From NCBI GenBank assembly GCA_963740315.1, contig CAVUDP010000001.1, positions 576,001 to 640,000 on the forward strand: DNA of 64,000 nt, read 5' to 3'. The DNA is from an uncultured cyanobacterium. GTDB taxonomy: Bacteria > Cyanobacteriota > Cyanobacteriia > Cyanobacteriales > Nostocaceae. The notes beneath the pieces are model-generated. The model saw nothing but the letters and a program-made list of their open reading frames with translations, had not been told where the DNA came from and ran no database searches. The position numbers and the translations under genes are program-made. Below, piece after piece: positions 41,508 to 52,431 of this stretch; position 1 is the first letter of the stretch, and every line of letters begins with the position of its first letter.

Positions 41508-43463
41508 TTATTTGTGAGGAAAAAATAAGGCAGCTTCAATCTCTTGACGCACTGCAAGTGTGACTTCACAGTTGCTATTAAGGCAATCAATCAGCAACTG
41601 ATTGGCATAATAATATTGTTCCAAAACTTTCTGCTGCTCGGGGCTAAAGTCCCAGTGAGACTGTATGTTGTAATTCGGATTGGTTTGGGTAAGACCGAGA
41701 TAAAAATCACCAGTTACAGCTAAAGTGGCTTGCGGTATAACTATTTGGGTCGTCCAAATTAAAAACTCTTGAAGATAAATATCTGGGGCGATTAGAGCAT
41801 CAATTTTTTGCTTCATCAACTGTACCAAAAAGTCTGCGCTCCGCAACATAGCAGCCGTCAGCAAAAAAATTTCGCGCCACCGTGGTTCGGTAAGATGACT
41901 AACCAAATGGGACAAGGCTTGTAATGACTGTAAATCAGGACTGGCAACAATTTTTCGAGCCGTGAAGTATTCTTGAAACGTTAAAGAAGAAAAAGAAAAA
42001 ACTCCTCGCACCCGTTCCGTCAAGATTCCGTGTTGCAATTCAATCGCTTTGAGCACCACTTCGCTATCGAGTTGTAATTCTTCTGCTTCTGTGGGTGCAT
42101 TTGGTAAGTTACTTATAAAATCGCCAATATACTGTTCTACAACTCGTTGTCCAAAAAAGTAATTACCACGTTCAAATGTCGAGAAAGCAATCTGACTCAT
42201 TAGCTTGAGTTTTTGTGGCAATAAAAACCCCTGATAAACTTCATCTCGCTCAATACCTCTAATGTCATCCCATTTGCCTAAAAGAAGCTCTAAACATTGC
42301 TTATAGAATTCGGCTTTCTGAGTGGGAAATTTCTTTTGGCAATGAAACACCCAACAAGCAAGATGTAGAAAAAGGGGCGTAATTACAAGTCTTCGGAATG
42401 GCAAGTTTTCAGGTAAATCCAGTTTTTCAATAAACTGAACTGCCATATCCATCTGATTTCGACTGGTGTTTTTAGTAAATACTGCAAACCACTTTTGAGC
42501 AAAGTCGATAATTTGCGATCGCGTAAAGGCTGCGATTTCGATATCGGTAAAGCCTTTGAGGTGAAATGCTTTAGCAGCCGATCGGCAGGTGACGACGAAC
42601 AAATTCTGGGGATATTTCTCGGAGAATCGGCGAATTTCCTTTAAAACTGCGTTATTGTCTTGATGGGGTACTTCATCGAGTCCATCGAGCAACAGTAACA
42701 TTCTGCCTTCACGCAGTAAACTTTCGCTATTCTGTTCATCCTCAATTCCATTAGCGAACAATTCAGAATTGATGTAGTTTAATAAACTGAACGCCCCTGC
42801 ATTTGAATCGTCAGCAAAATCCCTTAAAGTGATAAAAATGGGAACTAGATTCGCAGCAAAGTGACCTCGGTTGCATTGTATAGCCAAATGTTGCAAAAAA
42901 GTAGTTTTACCACATCCTGGTTTACCAAATAACCTCAGCTTAGAGTTAGTTTCCACCGCCCTCATGGCTGGTATTTGTTTCTCAGATCCCAACTCAAAAC
43001 GGTCAAATTCTTCGGCAGTAGGATTTTGCCCCTTGGAAATGTCTAACCACTGTTGACTGGCAATTTCCGGCAATATATTGATATCAATGTAAATCTTTTC
43101 AATTTCAACAGGACGGTTAGTGTCTAATAACTGTAAAGTACCGCACTGGTGTTGAATTTTGTTTCCATGCTGCGATCGCACTTTCTTTACCAGCGCATCA
43201 ATATTTATAGATACCTCTCCGAATTCAGAAAGTTCGGCTGGGGGTGAGCTAGCAGTTTCACGCCAATTTAGCTCCAAAACAGAGCAAATTTCCATAAAGG
43301 TATAGCGTTCTACGGGACGACCTGTAAAAAACCTCCAAACTGGCTGGCGAGTTTTGAGGTTAACTTCTCCTGCCAAATTTTCTTGAGTCCAACCTTTATT
43401 GGTAAAAGCTCTTTTCGCTTGCTTGATACCAATTGGCGATGCCTGGAGTGAGCGTTTTGCCAC
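41508..43463 (-). CDS. HTH-NACHT (STAND) NTPase with C-terminal helical domain
   Basis: N-terminal WTQENLA..V....QPVWRFF HTH; Walker A GKPGCGKTT; Walker B LLLLDGLDE; FQEYFTA; YYYANQLLIDCL tail. Confidence 0.9.
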   Translation of the reverse strand: MAKRSLQASPIGIKQAKRAFTNKGWTQENLAGEVNLKTRQPVWRFFTGRPVERYTFMEICSVLELNWRETASSPPAELSEFGEVSINIDALVKKVRSQHGNKIQHQCGTLQLLDTNRPVEIEKIYIDINILPEIASQQWLDISKGQNPTAEEFDRFELGSEKQIPAMRAVETNSKLRLFGKPGCGKTTFLQHLAIQCNRGHFAANLVPIFITLRDFADDSNAGAFSLLNYINSELFANGIEDEQNSESLLREGRMLLLLDGLDEVPHQDNNAVLKEIRRFSEKYPQNLFVVTCRSAAKAFHLKGFTDIEIAAFTRSQIIDFAQKWFAVFTKNTSRNQMDMAVQFIEKLDLPENLPFRRLVITPLFLHLACWVFHCQKKFPTQKAEFYKQCLELLLGKWDDIRGIERDEVYQGFLLPQKLKLMSQIAFSTFERGNYFFGQRVVEQYIGDFISNLPNAPTEAEELQLDSEVVLKAIELQHGILTERVRGVFSFSSLTFQEYFTARKIVASPDLQSLQALSHLVSHLTEPRWREIFLLTAAMLRSADFLVQLMKQKIDALIAPDIYLQEFLIWTTQIVIPQATLAVTGDFYLGLTQTNPNYNIQSHWDFSPEQQKVLEQYYYANQLLIDCLNSNCEVTLAVRQEIEAALFFPHK

Positions 43464-43773
43464 GAGGAAATACCATAACCAAGTTTTTTTGTCAAGATGC
43501 TGTAAAAGTTAAAAATGTTATTTGTGAACTTTTACTGTTTCATCGTAACGTTTTCTTAGCAATTAAGATACTCGATATCAAGTTAATTGCATGATAATTA
43601 CAGGGATAAGCCAGTGTAGATAAGAACTTTAGATATATTTCTATAGAAGGCAAATCTATATAATAATAAATTTTTAAATTTTAATGTTGACTTTGCGATC
43701 GCATTGGTGGAGTAATATCAAAGTCCGGTTACTACTCCACGAATGCTATCTATTTATAATGCCTAGCGGTTGC

Positions 43774-44175
43774 TTAAGAAGGCATCAATACTGTATCAAT
43801 AACGTGAATTACACCGTTATCAGCGCTAACATCAGCTTTTGAAACTGTAGCATCATTAATTTTGACACCATTACTAGCGTCAATTTTTAGTTCTGAACCT
43901 TCAACTGTTTTAGCTGATTTTAGTTTAGCTGCGTCAGCTGCCATAACCTTGCCTGAAACAACGTGATAGGTCAAGATTTTCTTGAGCTTGGGAACATCCT
44001 TAAGCAATGCATCTACTGTGCCATCGGGAAGCTTAGCAAATGCGTCATCGCTGGGTGCGAAAACGGTGAATGGACCTTTGCCTTTGAGAGTATCTACTAA
44101 ACCAGCAGCTTTAACAGCAGCAACTAAAGTATTAAAAGAACCAGCGCCAACTGCGGTATCTACGATATCAGCCAT
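43774..44175 (-). CDS. Fasciclin (FAS1) domain protein
   Basis: [20 protein letters not shown] and NGVIHVID; no signal peptide. Confidence 0.93.
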   Translation of the reverse strand: MADIVDTAVGAGSFNTLVAAVKAAGLVDTLKGKGPFTVFAPSDDAFAKLPDGTVDALLKDVPKLKKILTYHVVSGKVMAADAAKLKSAKTVEGSELKIDASNGVKINDATVSKADVSADNGVIHVIDTVLMPS

Positions 44176-44428
44176 TTTTTTCACCCTTTATGTAATTTTC
44201 TAACAGTTATCAACATGACATCCTGCTGTTAGAAATCATGTTTGAGCAAGGGTTTGAACAGTGTATAGTTTGTATAAATTGTCTGATAACGATACAAAAA
44301 TTTACAATAGACATCTCTGGAAATGAAAAAGACCTCTCTCCTGCAAGAAGTTCCGGCTTCATTTTCCCCCTTCTCTATAAGGGAAGGGGGGTTAGGTCGA
44401 GGTAAAGATATGAAAGCTTTAAATTACC

Positions 44429-46042
44429 CTACTGAATATCAAAACCGAACACAGCATCGTTAAAGTCATTATCGCTAACACCAAGATTGCTGGGAAGGTC
44501 TTCAAAGCCGAAAATATTATTTCCACGAGATTGTAAGTGTTGAGTTCCATCGGGATTCGCTTCAGTAATGCCGAAGTAAGCTACTACATCATCGATAAAT
44601 TCAGCAGCGTTGTTAAACTCACTATTTTCTTGATTCTCATTACTGATAAATCCTTCAAAACCTAAATTACCACCATTGGCAATTACAAAAGGTACATACG
44701 AACGACCTCCGTTGAGAATAACATCTCCAAATTCTTCGGCTGAAGTGTTTTTACTTTCATCTCCTGATGAACCAGCTCGCAACACAAAATCATCAATGCG
44801 ATTTTCAATTGCAGCTTGTGCGTAACCTTCTTGTCCGGGAAGGAAATCGGCTACAGCATCGCCATCAATATCTATTCCGCCGTTTGCATCAACTACTTCG
44901 TATAAACCGATAAGATTGTCAAAGGCTGCATCTGTTCCTAAATCCAACACATCATCAGCAAGTTGAGTAACGATATTAGTCCCATCATCGATTGAGGTGG
45001 CATCAAAAATTAAATTGCTCATTGCATCGCTTTCGTTAAAAGCAATCTGGACAATTTGATTATCTTCTGAGGCACCTTCAACTTCGGGTGTTGGTTCGGG
45101 TGTTGGTTCGGGTGTTGGTTCGGGCGTTGATTGAAGTGTTAGTTCGGGTGTTAGTTCGGGTGTTGGTTCGGGTGTTGGTTCGGGTGTTGGTTCGGGGGTT
45201 GGTTCGGGGGTTGGTTCAACGCTTATCTCTACTGTTGTTGCTTCTTGGGAATTAACCTTACCATCGCTGAGAGTATAGGTAAAGCTATCGGTTCCACTAA
45301 AGCGATCGTTCGGCGTATATGTAAACGAGCCATCATTATTAAAATTGAGACTACCGTTATCTGGAGCATCCGCGATCGAAGCACTTAATCGATCGCCAAC
45401 ATCAGCATCGCTGTCATTTGCTAATACTCCTTTATCTGTATCCACATTAAATATTTGACCCGCCACCGCAGTGTAGCTATCCTCTTGACCAACTGGAGGG
45501 GTGTTTGTTGGTTCGGGTTCTGGTTCGGGTTCTGGTTCGGGTTCTGGTTGAGGTTCTGGTTCAGGTTCAGGTTCCGGTTCAAGCTCTGGTTCTGGTTGAG
45601 GCTCTGGTTGAGGTTCAGGCTGAGGTTCGGGTTCGGGTTCTGGCTCTGGTGTTTGACTTTCCGCATCTTCTATAACTAGAGTTGCCGAACTAGCATTTGG
45701 ATCGACTGTATACCTCTGACTCGGTAGCACTGTAAAAGTAAAATCCTCGACTCTATCAGGAACATCATCATCCAAAATCGGTAGAGTTAAAGTTGCTGTT
45801 TGTTCGAGAAGTCGAATATCTAAAATTCCACCATTAAAACCTGCTAACGAAGCATTTTCAAATGCAGTACCGAATATGACTCCGGTTATGTCGAATTGAT
45901 TTTGGATATTTTCAAGGTTGCTACTTAGACTAACAACCAAACCCCCTTCTGGTATTGGTTCGCTTGAAGTGAGTGTAACAGTAAGTGTAGTTCGCTCTTC
46001 TTCTATAAGAACATCAGGAGTTGCACTAATTCCAATTGCCAT
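44429..46042 (-). CDS. Acidic surface/secreted protein: Calx-beta-like + (PE)n + cadherin/Big_9-like + (PEPT)n + DUF4114-like C-terminus
   Basis: [25 protein letters not shown] repeat; C-terminal FGFEDL..SDNDFND; tandem 6- and 12-bp coding repeats. Confidence 0.8.
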   Translation of the reverse strand: MAIGISATPDVLIEEERTTLTVTLTSSEPIPEGGLVVSLSSNLENIQNQFDITGVIFGTAFENASLAGFNGGILDIRLLEQTATLTLPILDDDVPDRVEDFTFTVLPSQRYTVDPNASSATLVIEDAESQTPEPEPEPEPQPEPQPEPQPEPELEPEPEPEPEPQPEPEPEPEPEPEPTNTPPVGQEDSYTAVAGQIFNVDTDKGVLANDSDADVGDRLSASIADAPDNGSLNFNNDGSFTYTPNDRFSGTDSFTYTLSDGKVNSQEATTVEISVEPTPEPTPEPTPEPTPEPTPELTPELTLQSTPEPTPEPTPEPTPEVEGASEDNQIVQIAFNESDAMSNLIFDATSIDDGTNIVTQLADDVLDLGTDAAFDNLIGLYEVVDANGGIDIDGDAVADFLPGQEGYAQAAIENRIDDFVLRAGSSGDESKNTSAEEFGDVILNGGRSYVPFVIANGGNLGFEGFISNENQENSEFNNAAEFIDDVVAYFGITEANPDGTQHLQSRGNNIFGFEDLPSNLGVSDNDFNDAVFGFDIQ

Positions 46043-46289
46043 AATTCGATTGCTATAACTTGCAAATAATATTTATACGTAAGTATTATACTTCTCAAGC
46101 AATTAGATAAAAGTCACTAATCTGTGGTACCTCATATTTGGTACCACAACCAGTGTTGTCGCTTAGTCTTGATATATTTTCAGCTATAGCTTATGCTGAA
46201 AAATTATCTAAAAACTGGTGGTTATTTTCATTAATTACTCCCCGCTCTCCCCCCTCTCATTCATTCGGTAATCATAAAGCCGGGATAGG

Positions 46290-46321
46290 AGTATGAGACG
46301 CGATATATCGCGTCTCATACT
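46290..46321. repeat. Perfect 32-bp palindrome (REP-like family)
   Basis: AGTATGAGACGCGATATATCGCGTCTCATACT; related GTAGAGACG..CGTCT copies near 3387-3413 and 53590-53615. Confidence 0.8.
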
Positions 46322-46369
46322 ACAATCTGTGCGGTTTCAACCCTGAAGGTAAATGGTATTTTCTATTCC

Positions 46370-47413
46370 CTATTTCCTATGCAGCGATAAATCCATCAAA
46401 TTCGCTAATTTCAAAACTACCCGCGCACCAACATTACCATCCCATTGGGCATCACCGACTTCACAAACATCAAAACCAATAATTTTTTTACCGCTGTTTA
46501 CTACTTCTCGAATCAAACAATAAGCTTGTTCTAACTCCAAACCTCCAGGAACCGGAGTTCCTGTATTTGAGCAAAGTTTGGGGTCTAAACCATCGGCATC
46601 AAAGCTAACATAAACGTATTCGGGTAAATGACTAACAATTTGCTTACATAAATCGATCCAAGTAGTTCCAGAATAAAGCTTTTGCTTGGTTATTGAGTCG
46701 TAATAAGCAACTATTCTATTGTTAGATTGGTTTATCATTTCTACTTCATCATGGCAAATATCCCGCAAACCTACCTGTACTAACTTTGATATCTGCGGTA
46801 GTTTCATTGCGTTGTACATAATTGAAGCATGAGAAAACTCAAAACCTTCATAAGCGTTACGTAAATCTGCATGAGCATCTACGTGTAAAATCCCATAGTT
46901 CGAGTAATTTTCTGCTAACACTTGCATATAGCCCAAAGGTGAACTGTGATCCCCTCCGATAACTGCAACCTGCTTACCATCGGCGATCGCTTGCTGAGAT
47001 TTATTAAACAACCACTTGTTTACATTTTCGCAAGCTTGGTTAATTTCCGTTAGTAGTGGCGTTAAATTTGGTGCATCTGTTAAAGATTTACCTTGTTCCA
47101 ATCGTTCAATAATTGTTGCAGCTAGCTGTCGGTAATATTTATTTTTATCTAACATATCTTGAGGAATTCCCATCATAAAAATTCCCTGCTTCCACCCATC
47201 GGGATTATCAAAATCAAATAAATCTAACTGTGGTGAAGCATCGAGAATTTGTTGCGGTGCGTTAGCGGTACCCGCACCATAGGAAACAGTCACTTCCCAA
47301 GGTACGGGAATAATAATTAAGTTTGCAGAATCGTAATCGAAGGGTAAACCGAAGATATTACCGTTGATTTGTCCGACATCGCTGGGGTTGTAATTTTGGT
47401 AGTGGTTGTTCAT
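46370..47413 (-). CDS. speB: Agmatinase / ureohydrolase family protein
   Basis: GGDHS, DAHADL and SFDADGLDP...TGTPVPGG. Confidence 0.85.
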   Translation of the reverse strand: MNNHYQNYNPSDVGQINGNIFGLPFDYDSANLIIIPVPWEVTVSYGAGTANAPQQILDASPQLDLFDFDNPDGWKQGIFMMGIPQDMLDKNKYYRQLAATIIERLEQGKSLTDAPNLTPLLTEINQACENVNKWLFNKSQQAIADGKQVAVIGGDHSSPLGYMQVLAENYSNYGILHVDAHADLRNAYEGFEFSHASIMYNAMKLPQISKLVQVGLRDICHDEVEMINQSNNRIVAYYDSITKQKLYSGTTWIDLCKQIVSHLPEYVYVSFDADGLDPKLCSNTGTPVPGGLELEQAYCLIREVVNSGKKIIGFDVCEVGDAQWDGNVGARVVLKLANLMDLSLHRK

Positions 47414-47532
47414 GGTAAGTGGTAATAAAAATAGGAATACAAACTATGTTAAACGCTGATTACAAAATGTAACCTATTAAAATTTTGGCGTTACTGATTA
47501 AAAGTGGTTAGCTGTGATTTGAGGCACTTATC

Positions 47533-47652
47533 GATCCCCCCTAACCCCCCGCTGATTTGGGGGGAATTGGAATCAAAGTCCCCCTTAAAAAGGGGGATTT
47601 AGGGGGATATAAAACGTTTTGCTACCAATAAGAAGACTTTTAAAACATCCTT
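47533..47652. mobile_element. MITE-like repeat (CCCCCCTAACCCCCC...GGGGGATTTAGGGGGAT)
   Basis: Inverted GC tracts with the end TTTTAAAACATCC; partial relatives near 2537-2580, 26502-26535 and 44365-44397. Confidence 0.55.
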
Positions 47653-47820
47653 TAAAGGCGCACAAATTAATATGATTTATAATGAAAAATATTTATCGCG
47701 CCGTAACCCAACATCTCATATTATTGTTAATTTAGGGATTTGAGTTCCCAAATGTAATACGCAATAAAGATATTTTAACAATTAAACTTCAAAAAAATAA
47801 ACTATAAAATATAAGCTCCT

Positions 47821-49473
47821 ATGTTACCTCTTCACCCACTTTCAGATTTTATCAATATCAATTCTACGATCGCTTATTCATCTCCTACTTATTATTATCA
47901 AGGATATTCTCATGGCGAATTGCTACAGCTTCCGCGCACTCCTCAAGCAGAAGCGATCGCTTGTGGTTTGATGCGACAGCTAGCCACTGATAAAGTATAT
48001 TCCCATGAAGGTAAAATGTACGGAATATTATTAGTAGAATTGCCAGATGGCGAAAAACGAGTACTTAAAGCTTTTTCGGGGTTGCTCAATAGTAATAGTG
48101 TAGTTGTAGGTTGGGTTCCACCAATTCCCGGTAGAGAAGAAGTAGTATTAGAAGAAAGCCGCACTTTAGCCGAATTGTCAGCTATTAAACAAGAAATTAT
48201 TCAACTCAAACAACTTTCTGAAAAAAAAGAATATGAAATTATAGCGTTAGATTTTGAACAACGTTTGCAAGAAATGGGTAAACATCATCAAATTAGCAAA
48301 CAAAAACGCGATGAAAAACGCCAGCTATTTTATAAAACTCTGAAGGAAGAACAATTAAATATAGAGTTAGAAAAACTAAAAGAAGCAAGTCGTCAGCAAG
48401 GAATTGAGCGGAAGTTACTCAAACGACAGCGCGATCAAGTTTTAGAACCGATAGAGCAAGTTATTAATAATGCAGATATGCGGATCCGAGAATTAAAACA
48501 ACAGCGCAAGGAAATATCTCGCAAGCTACAAAAACAAATGCACGCTGCTTATTCTGTAATGAATTTTTTGGGTAATTCGTCTACTTTGCAGCAAATAATG
48601 CCGCACTTACCTACAGGTACGGGTGATTGTTGTGCGCCGAAATTACTTCATTATGCTGCAACTAATAAGTTAAAACCGTTAGCGATGGCTGAATTTTGGT
48701 GGGGAGAATCCGATCGAGATAAAATTCAAGGGAAATTTTATGGTGCTTGTGTCGATCGCTGTCAGCCGTTAATGGGTTTTTTGTTATCGGGTTTGACTAA
48801 TTCTTCAAAAGTTTTAAGCTCTCTGGGGGAAGAAATTCCGATTATCTACGAAGACAAATGGTTAATTGCTGTAAATAAACCCGCTGGTTTACTATCAGTT
48901 CCCGGAAGGTATCATCACAATCAAGATAGCGTTGTCAGTCGCTTAAATAATTTATTAATATTGCCCGACGGCGAAAGTATTGCGGCGGTACATCGGTTGG
49001 ATATGGATACTTCTGGTATTTTACTATTAGCAAAAGATAAAAAAACTTACCGTTTATTCAGCAAGCAGTTTGAACAAAGACTGGTTAATAAAGTTTATGA
49101 AGCTAAAATTTGCGGTAATTTAGCGATCGATAAAGGTGCGATCGAATTACCGTTGTGGGGAGATCCCGAAAATCGTCCGTATCAACAAGTAAATTACGAT
49201 CGTGGGAAACCTTGTATAACTAAGTTTCAAGTTTTAGTATTAAATAAAGAAGCAAATTACACTCGTATAGAATTTATTCCTTTAACGGGAAGAACCCATC
49301 AATTAAGAGTTCATGCTGCCGATCGCAAGGGTTTGGGTATGCCTATTTTAGGGGATAAGCTTTACGGATGTGACATCGAGGCAAATCGGTTACATCTACA
49401 CGCAAGGGAACTGACATTTGAACATCCGCATACGGGAGAAAAGATAGATTTGAAAGCGGAAACGCCCTTTTAA
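47821..49473 (+). CDS. Long RluA-family pseudouridine synthase with N-terminal coiled-coil/Cys domain
   Basis: C-terminal NKPAGLLSVPG, HRLDMDTSG and GRTHQLRVH; N-terminal GKMYGIL..AFSG, GDCCAPKLL and GACVDRC. Confidence 0.88.
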   Translation: MLPLHPLSDFININSTIAYSSPTYYYQGYSHGELLQLPRTPQAEAIACGLMRQLATDKVYSHEGKMYGILLVELPDGEKRVLKAFSGLLNSNSVVVGWVPPIPGREEVVLEESRTLAELSAIKQEIIQLKQLSEKKEYEIIALDFEQRLQEMGKHHQISKQKRDEKRQLFYKTLKEEQLNIELEKLKEASRQQGIERKLLKRQRDQVLEPIEQVINNADMRIRELKQQRKEISRKLQKQMHAAYSVMNFLGNSSTLQQIMPHLPTGTGDCCAPKLLHYAATNKLKPLAMAEFWWGESDRDKIQGKFYGACVDRCQPLMGFLLSGLTNSSKVLSSLGEEIPIIYEDKWLIAVNKPAGLLSVPGRYHHNQDSVVSRLNNLLILPDGESIAAVHRLDMDTSGILLLAKDKKTYRLFSKQFEQRLVNKVYEAKICGNLAIDKGAIELPLWGDPENRPYQQVNYDRGKPCITKFQVLVLNKEANYTRIEFIPLTGRTHQLRVHAADRKGLGMPILGDKLYGCDIEANRLHLHARELTFEHPHTGEKIDLKAETPF

Positions 49474-49600
49474 ATTACGAATTATTCGATCGCAGGATTT
49501 CCCAAAAATAGTAAATTACACTACAATATATCTTTTACCTGTGTTGGTAAAAAGTTTATTACGATTTCGTCTAAATATACAGATATTCGGGAGTTAAGCT

Positions 49601-50854
49601 GTGAGCATTGAGACTCTTGTTCAACAAGCCAACCAGTCATCTACCCCTTTTAATAAAGAAAGCTTTGATGAAGTTGTCATGTCCACTTACGGGCGTTTTC
49701 CTATAGCCTTGGAAAAAGGTGATGGATGCCGTTTGTGGGATACCGAAGGCAAGGAATATCTCGACTTTGTTGCGGGAATTGCTACTTGTACTTTGGGACA
49801 CGCCCATCCCGCATTGATAGAAGCGGTAACGCAGCAAATTCAAAAAATACACCACGTTTCAAATTTATACTACATTCCCGAACAGGGGGAACTAGCACGT
49901 TGGATAGTCGATCATTCCTGTGCCGATAAAGTATTCTTCTGTAACTCCGGTGCGGAAGCAAACGAAGCGGCGATTAAATTGGCGCGGAAATACGCTCATA
50001 CCGTTTTAGATATTGATAAACCAATTATTTTAACGGCAAACGCCAGTTTCCACGGACGCACTTTAGCAACAATTACCGCTACCGGGCAACCCAAGTATCA
50101 CAAAAACTTTAATCCTTTGGTGCCGGGATTTCATTACGTACCCTACAACGATATTGATGCGATCGAAGCAGCAATTAGCGAGTTAGATGAAGGTGATTAT
50201 GGTGTCTGTGCGATCTTGTTAGAACCGTTACAGGGAGAAGGCGGCGTTCGTCCTGGAGATGTAAAATATTTTCAAAAGCTGCGATCGATCTGCGATGAAA
50301 CTGGCATCTTACTAATGTTTGATGAAGTACAAGTCGGAATGGGGCGTAGTGGTAACTTGTGGGGTTACGAACACCTGGGAGTCGAACCAGACGTTTTCAC
50401 CAGCGCCAAAGGTTTGGGGGGCGGTATCCCCATTGGTGCGATGATGGCGAAAAAATTCTGCGCTGTATTTGAATCGGGAGAACACGCTAGCACCTTCGGC
50501 GGTAATCCATTCGTTTGTGCGATCGCCCTCGCCGTTTGCCATACTTTGGAAAAAGAGAATATTTTACAAAACGTCTGCGATCGAGGCGAACAACTGCGGC
50601 AGGGTTTGCAGGATATAGCCGCAAAATATCGCGATCGCATTGCCGAAGTACGCGGTTGGGGTTTAATTAACGGAATGGAACTACAAGCAGACATTGAGTT
50701 AAGTGCCATTGATGTAGTGAAAGCTGCAATGAACGAAGGTTTATTGTTAGTACCCGCAGGTACCAAAGTTGTGCGTTTTGTACCACCGTTGATTGTCACC
50801 GAAGCACAAGTTGATACGGCGTTGCAGATTGTCGATCGAATTATCAAGGGTTAA
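49601..50854 (+). CDS. argD: Acetylornithine aminotransferase
   Basis: FFCNSGAEANEAAIK, FHGRT, DEVQVGMGR and AKGLGGG. Confidence 0.92.
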   Translation: MSIETLVQQANQSSTPFNKESFDEVVMSTYGRFPIALEKGDGCRLWDTEGKEYLDFVAGIATCTLGHAHPALIEAVTQQIQKIHHVSNLYYIPEQGELARWIVDHSCADKVFFCNSGAEANEAAIKLARKYAHTVLDIDKPIILTANASFHGRTLATITATGQPKYHKNFNPLVPGFHYVPYNDIDAIEAAISELDEGDYGVCAILLEPLQGEGGVRPGDVKYFQKLRSICDETGILLMFDEVQVGMGRSGNLWGYEHLGVEPDVFTSAKGLGGGIPIGAMMAKKFCAVFESGEHASTFGGNPFVCAIALAVCHTLEKENILQNVCDRGEQLRQGLQDIAAKYRDRIAEVRGWGLINGMELQADIELSAIDVVKAAMNEGLLLVPAGTKVVRFVPPLIVTEAQVDTALQIVDRIIKG

Positions 50855-51153
50855 AGGTTAAAGGTTTTGGATTATCCTCGTCAAGATTGAGTCGGGGTTC
50901 AATCCAAAATCTAAAATCTAAAATCTAATTTAAGTATTGTTTGTTTATTAATATTTAGTATTTTCTTCAGTAAAATGATATTTTTGCGTTCGAGTGCGGA
51001 TGCCGAAAGGTTTATATAGAAGCAACATAGGCATCTTATTTATGCTATTCTATAAGTCAGATGATTGAGTTCGGTTGTTCAGTTTGTTCGATTATGTGTT
51101 GCAGACTTCTCCGGATGTAAATCTCATCACAATGTTAGTTCTGGAGACGATGT

Positions 51154-51471
51154 ATGTCGATTTACGTGGGCAATCTCTCTTATGAGGTTGCGGAAGAAGA
51201 CTTAAAGCAAGTCTTCGTGGAGTATGGGGATGTGAAAAGTATTTATTTACCATTGGATCGAGAATCGGGACGTATTAGAGGCTTCGCATTTGTAGAGATG
51301 GGAACGGATGCAGAAGAAGCTAACGCAATAGAATCTCTTGATGGCGCGGAATGGATGGGGCGCAGTCTACGAGTAAATAAAGCTAAGCCAAAACCAGAAC
51401 GAAGTTCTTCCGGTGGTGGTGGTAGATGGGGCGGAAATAGTGGTGAAGGATATAATAATAGACGCTACTAA
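51154..51471 (+). CDS. rbp: RRM RNA-binding protein with Gly-rich tail
   Basis: RNP2 IYVGNL, RNP1 RGFAFVEM; TTCTGGAGAC RBS box. Confidence 0.95.
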   Translation: MSIYVGNLSYEVAEEDLKQVFVEYGDVKSIYLPLDRESGRIRGFAFVEMGTDAEEANAIESLDGAEWMGRSLRVNKAKPKPERSSSGGGGRWGGNSGEGYNNRRY

Positions 51472-51505
51472 GCCCAATTAAAAAATTATTAGACTTTGTA
51501 GTATG

Positions 51506-51535
51506 AAGGGCATACGATAAATTTGCCCTTTTTTT
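51506..51535 (+). terminator. Hairpin plus U-tract between rbp and rpsU
   Basis: AAGGGCA...TGCCCTTTTTTT. Confidence 0.6.
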
Positions 51536-51612
51536 GCTCGCAGTTAATGTTACTGTTTACATCTAAGCATTAATTGCAATACTCGATGGTTTTAGTTTAG
51601 ATAGGAGAAAGA

Positions 51613-51801
51613 ATGACCCAAATAGTTGTAGGCGAAAACGAAGGAATTGAATCAGCATTACGTAGATTCAAGCGCGAAGTTTCAAAAGCTGGCATAATGC
51701 CGGATATCAAGAAGCATCGCCACTTTGAAACGCCTCTACAAAAGCATAAGCGTAAAGCAATTGCTAGATCCAAGCAGCGTAAGAGACGCTTTAAATACTA
51801 A
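51613..51801 (+). CDS. rpsU: 30S ribosomal protein S21
   Basis: [15 protein letters not shown]...HFETP. Confidence 0.95.
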   Translation: MTQIVVGENEGIESALRRFKREVSKAGIMPDIKKHRHFETPLQKHKRKAIARSKQRKRRFKY

Positions 51802-52431
51802 AGACAACTTTATTGTCTAAAATTTTCTTGATTTTTGCAGGAAGATGAGTTAGGTGAATATTCTGGTGGATCAATTATCAGTCATCAATTATCAACTATC
51901 AATTTTATATTGGTAATTGTTTATTGATAATTGTCTTCCCTTTCTATTTTAGAATTTAACGAATAACTATTTACTACAATCCAGCAAGTAGCTAATGTGA
52001 CTGGTATTGATATAAGTATTAAGTAAAACAACGGCGGAGAACGTTGTTTTTTTTTAGTAGCAAAAATACTCCTTAACCCCTACTTGAAATACCCAGATTG
52101 ATAGAGGAATTATCTATCAACATATTCTACAAAAGGCAAATTGCAGGAGGTACATTTCTCTTACTCCCTACTCCCTGCTCCCCGCTCCCTTATAACAATA
52201 TGTTCTGTACCTCACTAAAATGAAATCGGCTGTAATTCTCATTGAAAAATTTCAGTAATATCATCAACTGTATTTTTGCGCTTCCTCCCCAGACAGAAAG
52301 TATGCTCAAATCTTTTCAATCGATAGGGAGATGGAGGGAATAAGCTCAAGTGTTTAGATTGAAACGCACAAGCATTACTCAAATTTTATTCAAACCGCTT
52401 CTACACAGGTTTCAAAAATAGGTAAACAATT

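Noticed and set aside
50365..50847. 160-aa antisense ORF; likewise 24237-24677, 25260-25622, 60514-60894 and 62794-63180
   Set aside because: Shadow ORFs opposite well-supported genes.
51154..51801. rbp-rpsU pairing as a novel operon
   Set aside because: This is a known arrangement (cold-inducible rbpA-rpsU) in heterocystous cyanobacteria.
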